From an uncultured candidatus Brocadiaceae bacterium (lineage in GTDB: Bacteria > Planctomycetota > Brocadiia > SM23-32): a stretch of 64,000 nucleotides of DNA. This document shows positions 27,701 to 36,393 of this stretch, one piece after another. The notes beneath the pieces were generated by a model. The model did no database searches. It saw only the letters and a program-made list of their open reading frames with translations, and was not told where the DNA came from. Every line of letters begins with the position of its first letter. The stretch's first letter is position 1. The position numbers and the translations under genes are program-made. The stretch lies in assembly GCA_964655775.1 (NCBI GenBank), contig CAZZNQ010000006.1, positions 14,534 to 78,533 on the forward strand, in the 5' to 3' direction.

Positions 27701-29399
27701 TCTGGCGGGAATGGTCCAGTTGCGCGTCGTTGATCTGGGTTTCAGTGAGCTCGATGAGGAAGCCGCAGGAGTCGGCCACCCAAATCTGGACACTGTGATG
27801 CTTCCCAGCCGCAACGGCCTGGCGACTGGGGTCCTGGCACTTGGCGCCCTGCCGGACCTAATCGACCTCTCGTTGCCCGAAGGCTGTTCGGACATGGAAC
27901 TCCGTGCCCTATCACCCGAACTCGCTCACTTGCAGCGGCTCGACCTCGAAAGTTGCGTCGACACCATAGGACATCCCTTCAGCCCAAGCTGGCAAGGCAT
28001 CTCCAGCTTCGCACCGCTAACACGTCTTGTGGAGCTTCGCGAGTTGCGTGCCTGCAAGACCGATCCGGAACGGCCCATCGACCTGACGCCGCTGACGAAC
28101 CTCCGGAAGCTTGAGATTCTGAATCTGTGGCGGTGCGGGGTCGCAGTGGATCTGGCCCCGCTCGCGAGCATGACCCACTTGCGCGACGTATCCCTGCCCT
28201 GGGCGAAGGAATACACGATTAAGGACCTGCGCCCGCTCCAGGCGGCCATAGCTCAAGGGGCACGAGTCTGGACGGCACCGGGCCCGTCGAACCCGGTCGA
28301 GCGAATGCTGACCGCCGGCGAGCCCGACCGGGGGCCTCCTGACGTCCATCGGGCCGCGCGGACTGCCGACCTTCCCGCGCTCCGCCAGTTGCTCCAAGAC
28401 GACGCCCGGGCGGCAAGGCCCCGGGACGATTTCTGTCGGACACCCCTGCACTACGCCGCTGGCGAGGGCCACGGCGAGGCCGTCCAGTTACTGACCGAAT
28501 CCGGGGCGGAACTCGATGCCCGGGATCCGAACGGTCTTTCACCTCTGCACTGGACAGTGCTGAACGCACGGCCTGACGCTGCCCGAAAGCTCCTGCAACT
28601 TGGAGCCGGAGCCGACGTCGTCGACCGGGAGGGCTTCACGCCCCTGCACTGGGCCGCGCACCTTGGGCACGAGCCGATCGCCCGACTTCTCGCCGAATCC
28701 GGCGCCGATCTGAGCGCGGAGGACTCAGAGGGTTGGACGCCTCTTCACAGGGCACTGGAAGCCGGATCCCGGAGCATCGCCGAGATGCTGATCGCCAGAG
28801 GTGCGGACGTGAACTCGGCCGACGGCCTCGCCCTGAACATGGCGGCCGCCGGAGGCGACGATCGGGTGACCAGGATACTGCTCGACGCGGGAGCACGGCC
28901 GAAGGGACTCCGCAAGGCGGCCATGGCCTTGATAGATGCGCTGGAGAAGGGGCACGAGTCGACGGCAGTTCTGCTGGTTGAGCACGGAGCGGACCCGAAC
29001 GTGGAAACCACGCTTGACGAGACGCCTCTGCACGTGGCCGCGGAGGAAGGCATGGTGAAAGCGGTCGAGGCACTGCTGGCCCATGGTGCCGCGGTCAACG
29101 CACGAGATTACTGGGAGAAGACGCCCCTCCACCGGGCGGCCCGGAGCGACGCCAAACACAACGCCGTCGAGATATCGAGGTTACTGCTCAAGGACGGCGC
29201 CGACGTGCACGCCAGGGATGAGCGAGGCGAAACGCCGCTCTTCATTGCCGCTGAACGCGGAATGCCCGAGTTGCTGGCGCTGCTGATTGAGGCCGGCGGA
29301 GACGTGCACACCCGCAATAAGTGGGGCGACGGCCCCCTGAGTCGCACGTATTCCAACGAGGTCAAGAAGATCCTCCGAGAGCATGGCGTGACCCAGTGA
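24753..29399 (+). CDS. giant secreted ankyrin-repeat / leucine-rich-repeat protein (ANK-LRR-ANK)
   Basis: 1548-aa ORF with RBS GGAGAGGG and signal peptide MSRTVVAVLAVLQATLWSGNALA. Architecture: an unknown roughly 420-aa N-domain, ANK repeats about 26085-26350, roughly 20 LRRs about 26815-28240 (L-x-x-L-x-x-L-x-x-L-x-L, for example LTGLRSLRL and LTRLRSLSI), then roughly 10 ANK repeats about 28340-29396 (TPLHYAAGEGHGEAVQLL and similar). Confidence 0.9.
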   Translation: MSRTVVAVLAVLQATLWSGNALATRRYYSDLVAQSPNERYRLEARSPDNRKKEYPTPFQHDFAYTCIDMGNRQVLWRRQQAEGSPVEVFIDDDCWVVIRTSGDRLVIVDPEGGDRGTVNLLEEMSEDGVARYVHRTTAGPWWDPSSIWYFADSGEARLFAVRPWWGDRIVADLEQGVPVDQRGATSRHLDQTERSFIVDELKAGLQHRNIWDKTTDSGYLEEGGVALHRVWTAAYLAGRTGADDAVALLRQLDDAAPCGRWMHLPGDAPPAGSGLPMLHYRNFTVRQAAKLSLLRLGEIPQQVAGTRFYVGTGDGKAKPYEPAAPARPRTEAARSIQDGMTPIEVLAALGVPDCCNWEVWFYELDADPPFTLVVHWGENWAAEVERQTPPIWKGTQLDENVLWDQGTELKFRNNSGTCWARQWAEAEPGWVSVDDLLLQMPCRDTLTPLQYAAAVGDGATAKRLLREGAEPNKADAGGWTPMHWAAARGHEEVVRLLLDHGGRPDIRDSVAGSPLNWAALTSHDDIADTLIAARKKVEATHQPRSESPDSRRDEQDKTTRSPWLRSVRIRGLWGCEPEITAAPGEWVQIRQNLWWCLTEGSDMTFSEDGPLVSLSIDGGPASVMGCRVRGHEDIQVLRSILPERNDGLTVWVENPLVEEVVGLPGAGRITSVVVDAPVTPDEIGRLSVLPGLESAAVSCHYLTDLTSLAGLTGLRSLRLTEGARIRDVSPLSSLGALACLEMEGFKALEDLAPIGTLTRLRSLSIGRIAEDADMAPLASLSGLKALGLVGCSAESNLPALAGLKRLQRFEVNSYGGANVSPLAQLPNLTGLGLYRCEDRIDLSPLKALPGLRDLSLTMQADRLDIQDTLSWFPGLVGLSLSIINGSTDLSAVRGRSDLKTLEVDDLGRLRDLSDLSVLEGLRNLSLRGSGKVQDISALSGLAKLRILALSWLTELPLDFSAMSTLAELERLEVSLSDLSDLRPLAGMVQLRVVDLGFSELDEEAAGVGHPNLDTVMLPSRNGLATGVLALGALPDLIDLSLPEGCSDMELRALSPELAHLQRLDLESCVDTIGHPFSPSWQGISSFAPLTRLVELRELRACKTDPERPIDLTPLTNLRKLEILNLWRCGVAVDLAPLASMTHLRDVSLPWAKEYTIKDLRPLQAAIAQGARVWTAPGPSNPVERMLTAGEPDRGPPDVHRAARTADLPALRQLLQDDARAARPRDDFCRTPLHYAAGEGHGEAVQLLTESGAELDARDPNGLSPLHWTVLNARPDAARKLLQLGAGADVVDREGFTPLHWAAHLGHEPIARLLAESGADLSAEDSEGWTPLHRALEAGSRSIAEMLIARGADVNSADGLALNMAAAGGDDRVTRILLDAGARPKGLRKAAMALIDALEKGHESTAVLLVEHGADPNVETTLDETPLHVAAEEGMVKAVEALLAHGAAVNARDYWEKTPLHRAARSDAKHNAVEISRLLLKDGADVHARDERGETPLFIAAERGMPELLALLIEAGGDVHTRNKWGDGPLSRTYSNEVKKILREHGVTQ

Positions 29400-29556
29400 A
29401 CAGCGCGCAAAAGAAGGACGGCCGCGGTGCATAATGGGGACAGGTGAGGCGCAGATGGCGGACAGAAACGGCCACGTCCCGGCCGGCCGGCGGTCGTGTG
29501 GCCATCGGATGGGACACCGGGCGGTCAAGCGGTCGGCCATCGCCGGGGCGGGGTGA

Positions 29557-29622
29557 GGCGGGCGGCGGTTGCCGGCGGGACGCTCGGATTTCCGTTGCGG
29601 CAACCCGCCCCTATGGCTTTTT
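29557..29622 (+). terminator. possible intrinsic terminator after the ANK-LRR gene
   Basis: Core stem GGTTGCCG (29567-29574) pairs with CGGCAACC (29598-29605), with extendable G/C-rich flanks. It is followed by GGCTTTTT (T-run 29618-29622). The loop is large and the T-run is offset, so this call is weak. Confidence 0.35.
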
Positions 29623-29795
29623 AAGGTGTTTCTTTGGCATTTCCGCGGTTTTTCGCGTTTTCCGGCCAAGAAACAGGCCCGTTCTTACGTCTAATAGGGT
29701 AGGTATCTGGAAGAGACATCCCTGTTACGAACAGGCACTTGCTCATCCGATATGGATAACCGGCTGCAGCACTCGAACCAAGCCCCAAGGAGGGC

Positions 29796-30602
29796 ATGAT
29801 GAAGCTCTTGCGGCGGCTAGGTCCGGCCCTTGTCATACTGGCAACGGTTATGGCCATCGTTCTGCTTGTCGCGTTCCGCAATGGTCGGACGCCCACCGAA
29901 GATGAATGGTACGACGCGGTCGAGTCCGCCTATGCCGGTGACTCGACTGCGTGTGAGAGGTTCCTCCAGGCAGGATGGGATCCGGACAGAAAGGACACTC
30001 CGACTGGCATGTCCATGGTTGCCCATGCACTGGGCACACGGAACGGGTCGCTCCTGGCGCTATGTCTTGAGTATGGGGCGAGCCGTGAGCCGGACTGGGG
30101 CAAAGAGTGGAGGCTCATCCATTATGCGGCGGAGCGAGGAGTTCCTGACCATCTGAAGGTGCTACTCGAACACGGCGCGGAACTGGACGTCAGAACCGCG
30201 GATGGGCTTGCTCCCATACACATCGCAGCGAGGTACGGCAATGCAGAAACCCTCAGGTGCCTCGCTGAAAGCGTTGCGGACGTGGACATGCGGGACCACC
30301 AGAGAGGCGCCACGGCGATGCATTGGGCCGTCTGGCATAACTCGCATCCCCGGGCGTGTGTGGACATACTCCGGAACACTGGAGCCGACGTGAACGCGCG
30401 CGAGAATGAAGGTAACACGCCGCTCCATTGGGCAGTCTACAATGGGGCAGAAGCTGTCGGAGCCCTTCTGGATGCGGGCGCCGACATCGGCAGGATGAAC
30501 GACGCCGACCAGACTCCGTATGATGTTGCTGCCCAATCCCGGCCCGGGCTCGCTCCGCTCTTGCGGAATCCCGGTGACCGCTCTGGTTCCCAGGGACAAT
30601 AG
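29796..30602 (+). CDS. membrane-anchored ankyrin-repeat protein
   Basis: 268-aa ORF with RBS AAGGAGG and an N-terminal TM helix (LGPALVILATVMAIVLLVAF). It has about 5 ANK repeats (LIHYAAERG, APIHIAARYGNAETL, TAMHWAV, TPLHWAVYNGAEAVGALL). Confidence 0.85.
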   Translation: MMKLLRRLGPALVILATVMAIVLLVAFRNGRTPTEDEWYDAVESAYAGDSTACERFLQAGWDPDRKDTPTGMSMVAHALGTRNGSLLALCLEYGASREPDWGKEWRLIHYAAERGVPDHLKVLLEHGAELDVRTADGLAPIHIAARYGNAETLRCLAESVADVDMRDHQRGATAMHWAVWHNSHPRACVDILRNTGADVNARENEGNTPLHWAVYNGAEAVGALLDAGADIGRMNDADQTPYDVAAQSRPGLAPLLRNPGDRSGSQGQ

Positions 30603-30674
30603 GAGTCTCGTGGTTACAGGGCATCGTGACCCACACGGCACGATCCGGTCTCCACGTCTGACAGGATAAGATAT

Positions 30675-31358
30675 GTGCGAAGAGGATCCCCTTCCTCGCA
30701 CGTGGCGGGTATACCAGGACGGTTACGTTGTGTCGTGGGGGCGCGCATTCCGGCAATAGACGAGGGTCGGCCAGTGGTCGCGAGCTTACAAGCTCTGACG
30801 CATGCAGGCATATCGGCCACGCCGAACAATGGGTCAGTAAGCAACCCACTGGCCGGGTTGCTACTGCTAGGTCTGTTCCTCGTCGTGGTCGCTGTGAACG
30901 AGTTGTTGGCGTGGCTGATATGGACAAAACTTATATGGCCGCGCACGGGATGGCCCGCTGTGAAACGCCTGAGGCACCTTTACGGCAAGGGGTCGCGCCG
31001 CGGTGCACGCCGCTGCGGCACGGCGTGCCTGATGTTCCCATTGGAGCAGAGGAAAGGGTGGCTCGCAGGGGCATTCACCGTAACCATGCGGGCAAATGCC
31101 GTTGGGCTGCACCTAAGGATAGGTCTCTTGATCCCGTGGCGACTTCAGTATGTTCCTAAATCTGCATTGCTCCGACCTCGTGAGGTAGAGCCACAGGACT
31201 GGGTTTGGCGCTATGCGCTCTGGAGTCACAATCTATTCCGAAGAACACCGGATACGCTCGTAGACATCGACGTGGCAGACAGCCACATCGTGCTGCGTCT
31301 ATATGGCTCCACATGGAAACGCGTGCAGGAGGCGCTCGGAGACACAGAATGCGCCTGA
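30675..31358 (+). CDS. hypothetical membrane protein (start uncertain)
   Basis: 227-aa ORF from GTG 30675 (AGGA 8 nt upstream). It has one clear TM helix (LAGLLLLGLFLVVVAVNELLAWLIW) followed by a plausible soluble domain. The N-terminal roughly 60 aa look less protein-like. No homology recognised. Confidence 0.4.
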   Translation: MRRGSPSSHVAGIPGRLRCVVGARIPAIDEGRPVVASLQALTHAGISATPNNGSVSNPLAGLLLLGLFLVVVAVNELLAWLIWTKLIWPRTGWPAVKRLRHLYGKGSRRGARRCGTACLMFPLEQRKGWLAGAFTVTMRANAVGLHLRIGLLIPWRLQYVPKSALLRPREVEPQDWVWRYALWSHNLFRRTPDTLVDIDVADSHIVLRLYGSTWKRVQEALGDTECA

Positions 31359-31440
31359 CACGTCACACTCCGAGTGCTAAACGAACCACAGACAGAAAAC
31401 CGGACTGAGGACGCGCCCTCTGATCGGGGAGTTCTGGGAC

Positions 31441-31791
31441 ATGGCGAAGCCCATACGGATCAACCGGCGGGCGGCGGTGGTGGCCGCCATCGTGTTGCTG
31501 GTTTCGGTGACGGGTTGGGTCGTCACAGCAATCTGGTACTTCGGTTCCTTTGAGCAAGATCGGATCGTGGAGAGGCGGGTTGCGGAACTCAGGCAGAAGA
31601 TCGCCGATGGCACGTTTACAGGGATGACGGTCGAGGAGGTCACCCGGACTCTGGGAACCGACCAGAGGCCGAGCGAGATGCGAGATTGGGACATCGGCTT
31701 TCGGATCGGCGCCTGCATGATTGACGTCTACTGGTTGGTCTTAAGAGTCGACGACGGCCGCGTGGCGGAGGCGGCCGTGATCTCCGACTGA
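31441..31791 (+). CDS. hypothetical small membrane-anchored protein
   Basis: 116-aa ORF with GGGGAG 9 nt upstream. It has an N-terminal TM helix (AAVVAAIVLLVSVTGWVVTAIWYF) and then a small soluble domain. Confidence 0.5.
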   Translation: MAKPIRINRRAAVVAAIVLLVSVTGWVVTAIWYFGSFEQDRIVERRVAELRQKIADGTFTGMTVEEVTRTLGTDQRPSEMRDWDIGFRIGACMIDVYWLVLRVDDGRVAEAAVISD

Positions 31792-31854
31792 CGTCGTGCG
31801 GCGGGACGTGCCGGCTCCGACACACTTCGGCAGTGGGACACAGAGGATAGGCCA

Positions 31855-33063
31855 GTGCCTGATCCGAATAGCAGAGCGATGAAGGTGTTCGACGCCCTGA
31901 CGGGGGCGCTGCGTGCGACGTTCCTCACGGTCATCACGCTGCTCCTGATGTTGCTCGGCCTCATCGTGCTGACGATGGCCGGCCCGTCGGCCTTCGGGTT
32001 CCCTGTCGGCCTCTACGTGGGTCCGCTCGCTATGGCGCTGCTGATCGGCGGACTGGTTCTGAACCACGTGCTCGCCGCGCGCGGCATACCTATGAGCGCG
32101 TGGCGGCGGGCCGCCGTGCTATTCGGAGGCACGGCAGCCGGACTGACGCTGCTGTTCGTGGCAACACTGCCGTCGCGGATCATCGCGCGACACCGTTTCT
32201 GGAGCATCCAGGTCGAGAGCGGAGCGGCGCTGGTGATTCCGCGTGCCGACACGGTGTACGTCACGGATTACGCGCAGCAGCAGTTGATTCCACTGATGCA
32301 GTTCAGCGATCCGGACGGGACGGCCATCGACATCTGCGCCGCCGCCTTGTCCGAAGATGGTCGGATGCTCGCGGCAGCGACCGACGACCGCCTCGTCGTC
32401 GTGAAGATCGATAATGCGGCAACCGTTCTGCTCGACCGGCGACTGCCCGTGGAACGTCCCAGGAGCGCGGTCCTGGGTTGGGCGCCCACGTCGGCGCGCC
32501 TCTGTCTGGCGATCGTGAAAGGACAGCAGGAAGCCGGCTTGTGGACGTGGGACGTTGGTGATGACACACTGCAGCGCTGCAATGTCGCCGACGCATCGCC
32601 CTTGACAGCGTCGCCGAGCTGGGATCCGGCCGGCAAGCGGCTGGCTTTCACTGCTCGCGACGGGGACGGCTCAGCGGTGGCGATCTACGACCTGGAAACG
32701 GCCGAGGAGCGATTGCTCTGGCCCGGCCGATGGCCCGGCTGGCTCGGGAAGGACACGCTGGCGTTCCTAAATGCAGGCCGATGGTTGGCGCGGGATCTCG
32801 GGTCGAACGAAGCTGACGAACTGGACTACGCCCCGCAGCCAGGATCGCCCGGGCCGCTAACCTGGTCGTCCAATGGCCTCACGTTTGCCACGAGCGGCAT
32901 CATCGAGTTCTGGGGCATGCGCTCGTTCTGTGTCCACGACCGGGGCGGCAGGAAAGGCAGAATCTTCCTCGATTGGCCGGTCGGACCGCCCTCCCCCACA
33001 GGCGCAGCAATCCTTGAGTTGCCCCGACCCCTGGCCGTTGAACTCGGGGGCGAGGTGCAGTAG
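31855..33063 (+). CDS. hypothetical polytopic membrane protein with a C-terminal TolB/PD40-like beta-propeller region
   Basis: 402-aa ORF from GTG 31855 (AGAGGA upstream). It has about 4 N-terminal TM helices. The C-terminal half carries propeller-like strands (LAAATDDRLVVVKID, RLAFTARDGDGSAVAIYDLETAEE, LTWSSNGLTFATSG). Confidence 0.6.
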   Translation: MPDPNSRAMKVFDALTGALRATFLTVITLLLMLLGLIVLTMAGPSAFGFPVGLYVGPLAMALLIGGLVLNHVLAARGIPMSAWRRAAVLFGGTAAGLTLLFVATLPSRIIARHRFWSIQVESGAALVIPRADTVYVTDYAQQQLIPLMQFSDPDGTAIDICAAALSEDGRMLAAATDDRLVVVKIDNAATVLLDRRLPVERPRSAVLGWAPTSARLCLAIVKGQQEAGLWTWDVGDDTLQRCNVADASPLTASPSWDPAGKRLAFTARDGDGSAVAIYDLETAEERLLWPGRWPGWLGKDTLAFLNAGRWLARDLGSNEADELDYAPQPGSPGPLTWSSNGLTFATSGIIEFWGMRSFCVHDRGGRKGRIFLDWPVGPPSPTGAAILELPRPLAVELGGEVQ

Positions 33064-33107
33064 AAACGAAGCGCCAGAACGAACGTGTCTGAGGAAGGAC
33101 GCCGACC

Positions 33108-34163
33108 ATGAACCGATTTGGGTTCGAGCCGGATTTCGACAACCTGCGCACCACGCTCACCGGCGGACGCGGCCACCGCGTGCCCAACATCGAACTGGTG
33201 ATCGACCGCGAGATCAAGGACGGGTTCCTGGGGCGGCCGGTCGTCACGCTGGCCGACGAAATCGAGTTCCGCTACCAGGCCGGCTATGACTACGCCTGGG
33301 TGACCGTCGGCATGATCGACCCCGCCGGCACCGTGAACAAGGAGTTCGTCCAGAAGAGCGACGAACGACACTTTGCCGGAGAAGACGAGCGCGTATGGGC
33401 AGACGAGCACGACGGCGCCATCCGCGATCGCGACGACGTGGAAGCCTACCCCTGGCCGGACCCGGACGCCCTGGACTACTCCCCCTTCACCGAGGCCCGC
33501 GGCCTGCTGAAGCCCGGCATGAAGCTGATTCCCATCCTGGGCAAGGTGTTCACCGCCGGATGGCAGCTCACCGGCTTCGAGCGCTACTGCGAGCTGGTCT
33601 ACGAGGACCCCGACCTGATACTGGACCTGACCGACCGCATTGGCCGACTGCAGGTGGAGGTGGCGCAGCGGGTGGCCCGGTTCGACACCGTCGGCGCCAT
33701 CTGGGTGCCGGACGACATCGCCTATCGCACGGGGCCGATGCTGAGGCCGGACTGGTTCGCCGAGCACGTGTTCCCGTACTACAGGCAGATCGGCGACATC
33801 TGCCGCGAGGCCGGTATGCCGTTCATCTACCACAGCGACGGCGACCTGACCAGCATGATCGACACCATCATCGACGCCGGGTTCACCGCGCTGCATCCGA
33901 TTGAGCCGGAGTCGATGGACATCTACGAGGTGCGCAAGCGCGTCGGCAAGCGCCTCTGCCTGCTGGGCAACATCCGCGTGCATACGCTGTCCACCGGCAC
34001 GCCGGAGGAGATACGCGAGCTGGTGCGCGACCGGGTGCTGAACCTGGGCCACGACGGCGCGTACTGCGTGGGGTCGAGCAACAGCGTGCCGAACTACGTG
34101 CCGCTGGAGAACTACCAGGCGATGCTCCGGGCGAGCGCCGACCACGCCGAGATCGAGAATTGA
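33108..34163 (+). CDS. uroporphyrinogen decarboxylase (URO-D) family protein (MtaA/CmuA-like fold; function unknown)
   Basis: 351-aa ORF with RBS GAGGAAGGA. Family-typical C-terminal blocks are IWVPDDIAYRTGPMLRPDWFAEHVFPYYRQI, FIYHSDGD, ALHPIEP and LLGNI. Paralog of 48563..49609. Confidence 0.7.
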   Translation: MNRFGFEPDFDNLRTTLTGGRGHRVPNIELVIDREIKDGFLGRPVVTLADEIEFRYQAGYDYAWVTVGMIDPAGTVNKEFVQKSDERHFAGEDERVWADEHDGAIRDRDDVEAYPWPDPDALDYSPFTEARGLLKPGMKLIPILGKVFTAGWQLTGFERYCELVYEDPDLILDLTDRIGRLQVEVAQRVARFDTVGAIWVPDDIAYRTGPMLRPDWFAEHVFPYYRQIGDICREAGMPFIYHSDGDLTSMIDTIIDAGFTALHPIEPESMDIYEVRKRVGKRLCLLGNIRVHTLSTGTPEEIRELVRDRVLNLGHDGAYCVGSSNSVPNYVPLENYQAMLRASADHAEIEN

Positions 34164-34180
34164 ACTCCGCCAAGCACCCC

Positions 34181-34843
34181 ATGCCCGACGCCTGGCCCAC
34201 GCCCGCCGAAGCCCTGCAGTCCCTGAAGGAAGGGAACGCGCGCTTCGCGGCGGGACGGGCGGAGAACCCGCATGCGGACCGAGCCCGGCTGGAGCTGGCC
34301 GGGCGGGCGGATCAGGCCGAGCACACCTACGCGACGATCGTGACCTGCTCGGATTCGCGGGTGCCGGTGGAGATCCTGTTCGACGCGGGCGTGATGGACC
34401 TGTTCGTGGTGCGCGTGATCGGCAATGCATGCGACGCGGCCAGCATAGCGTCGATGGAGTACGGGCTGGTGCACGTGCGGACGCCGGTGCTGGTGGTGCT
34501 GGGGCACACGCAGTGCGGCGCGATCACGGCGGCCACGCACGCCGTGCAGGGCCGCGGGCACGAGGTAGCCGAGACGATCTCACCGGTGCTTAAGGGGTTC
34601 GAGCCGGCCGTGCGCGCGGCGATGGAGCAGCACCCGGGCGCATGCGGCGACGACCTGGTGCCGCACGCGGTCGAGGAGAACGTGCGGGCGACGGTGGCGC
34701 AGTTCCTGCGTCGGAGCGCGGCTGCGCGCGACATGGTGGCGCGGGACGAGGCGCGCGTTGTCGGCGCCGTCTACGACGTGGCCACCGGCCGCGTGCGCTG
34801 GCTGCCGGAGGATGCCTCAGCGGGCCTCGGCGACGGCGCCTGA
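34181..34843 (+). CDS. beta-class carbonic anhydrase
   Basis: It has LKEGNARF, the zinc-ligand motifs TCSDSRV and GHTQCGA, and FVVRVIGN. The start is either ATG 34181 or TTG 34160. The TTG option overlaps the upstream stop as TTGA, which would indicate translational coupling. Confidence 0.8.
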   Translation: MPDAWPTPAEALQSLKEGNARFAAGRAENPHADRARLELAGRADQAEHTYATIVTCSDSRVPVEILFDAGVMDLFVVRVIGNACDAASIASMEYGLVHVRTPVLVVLGHTQCGAITAATHAVQGRGHEVAETISPVLKGFEPAVRAAMEQHPGACGDDLVPHAVEENVRATVAQFLRRSAAARDMVARDEARVVGAVYDVATGRVRWLPEDASAGLGDGA

Positions 34844-36301
34844 CGGACGGCCCACTCCCAGCGCCTCGCAGATGACGTGCGCGATGTCCGTGTTGTCCAC
34901 GTAGTCGCCGCGGACCGGATCCTCGCCGATAGTGCGTTTGAGGAACGCCTCCGCACCCCGTCCCTCGGCGTAGAGGGGCACGAGCGAGTTCGTGTGGCCG
35001 CCGCTGTTCCACGCCATGCCGGGCACCTTGCCGACGCCGTTGTTCCGGAGCGGCACGTTCGCGAACACGCCCTCCCCGGCCGTGAGGTAGCCGGTCTCGT
35101 GGTCGGCGGTAACGATCAACAGCGTCTCGTCCCAACTGCTGTTGTTCTCGACCCACTCGACGACGGCGTCGACCGCGCGGTTGAAGTCGATCTGCTCCTC
35201 GATGGTCCGCCCGGGCTGATTGCGATGGCCGGCCCAGTCGACCGCGCCGCCTTCGATCATCAGGAAGAGGCCGTCGGGGTCGTCGTCCAGCACGTTCAGG
35301 GCCGCGCGCGTCATCTCGACAAGCGTGGGCACGCTCTCGATCAGCGGCACCTCGAACGGGGCGGCGTCCCCGTCGCCGCTCCGGCGCTCCTGGAGCGTGC
35401 CGGCAACCTGCGGTATTCCGATCACGCGTTTAGGCGTGTCGCCGGACATCAGCCGCTGGAAGTCGGCGCGGCTCTCGACGAGCACCCAGGCGTCGTCGGC
35501 CTTGCGGTTGTGATCGGCGTCCTGCCATTCGCCGGGATCCGGCCGTCCGTTGCCGTTCGCGTCGTCGAGCGCCGGGTTCCACGCGCCGGCGGTTCCGGCC
35601 TGCAGGCGTTTCCACAGCGCCTCGTCGCCGACGGAGTCGAATCCACCGGCCTCCTCCAGCCGCTGTCCGTCGGCGTCGTAGTAGGGATGTCCGCCGCCCA
35701 TGATGCAGTCGGCCGTGCTACCTTCGATCATAGCGCGTGCGATCTCGGAGTAGGCCCCCCGGGAGACGTTGTGCGCGACGAACGCCGCGGGCGTCGCGTG
35801 GGCGAAAGGCACGGAGCTGACCACGCCGGTGGCCATCCGCAGTTTCTCGCACTTCTCCAGCACGGTCTCCAGCCGGCGGATCTCGACGTCGACGGAGAGG
35901 GCTCCGTTGTAGGTTTTCACGCCGGTGGCTATCGCTGTGGCCGAGGCGGCGGAATCGGTGACGCCGCTCCTGACGTATTCGAAATCGGTCCAGGCACGCT
36001 CCGGGTCGTAGTCCCCCTGCTCCCAGACCGGCTCCTCGTCGGTGCCGCGGTTGCGCATGGGCGGGGTTCTCATGCCCATCACCACGGGGAATCGCCCGTA
36101 GACCTGCGCGTTCGGCTCGCCGTGCGTGTAGAGGTCCGTGGCTTCCACATGCTTGTAGCCACACCCGTCGCTGATCATCAGTATCACGTTCTTGGCGCGG
36201 TTCCGTTCGGCCGGCCGCGCCGACTCGCCCGGCCGGCATGCGAAAGCGGCCAGCGAGAGTATAAATGCGGCGGCTACCCACCGCGTTCTGTTTCTGTCCA
36301 T
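34817..36301 (-). CDS. alkaline phosphatase (PhoA family), exported
   Basis: 494-aa ORF with a signal peptide (WVAAAFILSLAAFAC). It has ISDGCGY and the active-site block VTDSAASATAIATG (Ser nucleophile), plus TADHETG and GGHTN. The 3' end overlaps the convergent carbonic anhydrase gene by 27 nt. Confidence 0.85.
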   Translation of the reverse strand: MDRNRTRWVAAAFILSLAAFACRPGESARPAERNRAKNVILMISDGCGYKHVEATDLYTHGEPNAQVYGRFPVVMGMRTPPMRNRGTDEEPVWEQGDYDPERAWTDFEYVRSGVTDSAASATAIATGVKTYNGALSVDVEIRRLETVLEKCEKLRMATGVVSSVPFAHATPAAFVAHNVSRGAYSEIARAMIEGSTADCIMGGGHPYYDADGQRLEEAGGFDSVGDEALWKRLQAGTAGAWNPALDDANGNGRPDPGEWQDADHNRKADDAWVLVESRADFQRLMSGDTPKRVIGIPQVAGTLQERRSGDGDAAPFEVPLIESVPTLVEMTRAALNVLDDDPDGLFLMIEGGAVDWAGHRNQPGRTIEEQIDFNRAVDAVVEWVENNSSWDETLLIVTADHETGYLTAGEGVFANVPLRNNGVGKVPGMAWNSGGHTNSLVPLYAEGRGAEAFLKRTIGEDPVRGDYVDNTDIAHVICEALGVGRPSGAVAEAR

Positions 36302-36363
36302 GGTTCACTTCCTGTTGCCGTGTGGTGTTATCCTTCTCGAAAGCGTAACGTCCTTCCCTACAT

Positions 36364-36393
36364 ATACTAACCTGCCGGGACGACTCAGACCAA
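36364..36393 (-). promoter_or_regulatory. weak sigma70-type promoter candidate for the alkaline phosphatase gene
   Basis: On the minus strand: TTGGTC (36393-36388), an 18-nt spacer, then TAGTAT (36369-36364). It lies about 60 nt upstream of ATG 36301. Confidence 0.35.

Noticed and set aside
30728-31159. Alternative-frame ORFs in the low-GC block: 30728..31159 (+), 30253..30927 (-) and 30614..30946 (-).
   Set aside because: Their composition is Arg/Gly/Cys-rich and not protein-like. The 30675..31358 frame at least contains a clean TM helix and an RBS, so only that model was reported, at low confidence.
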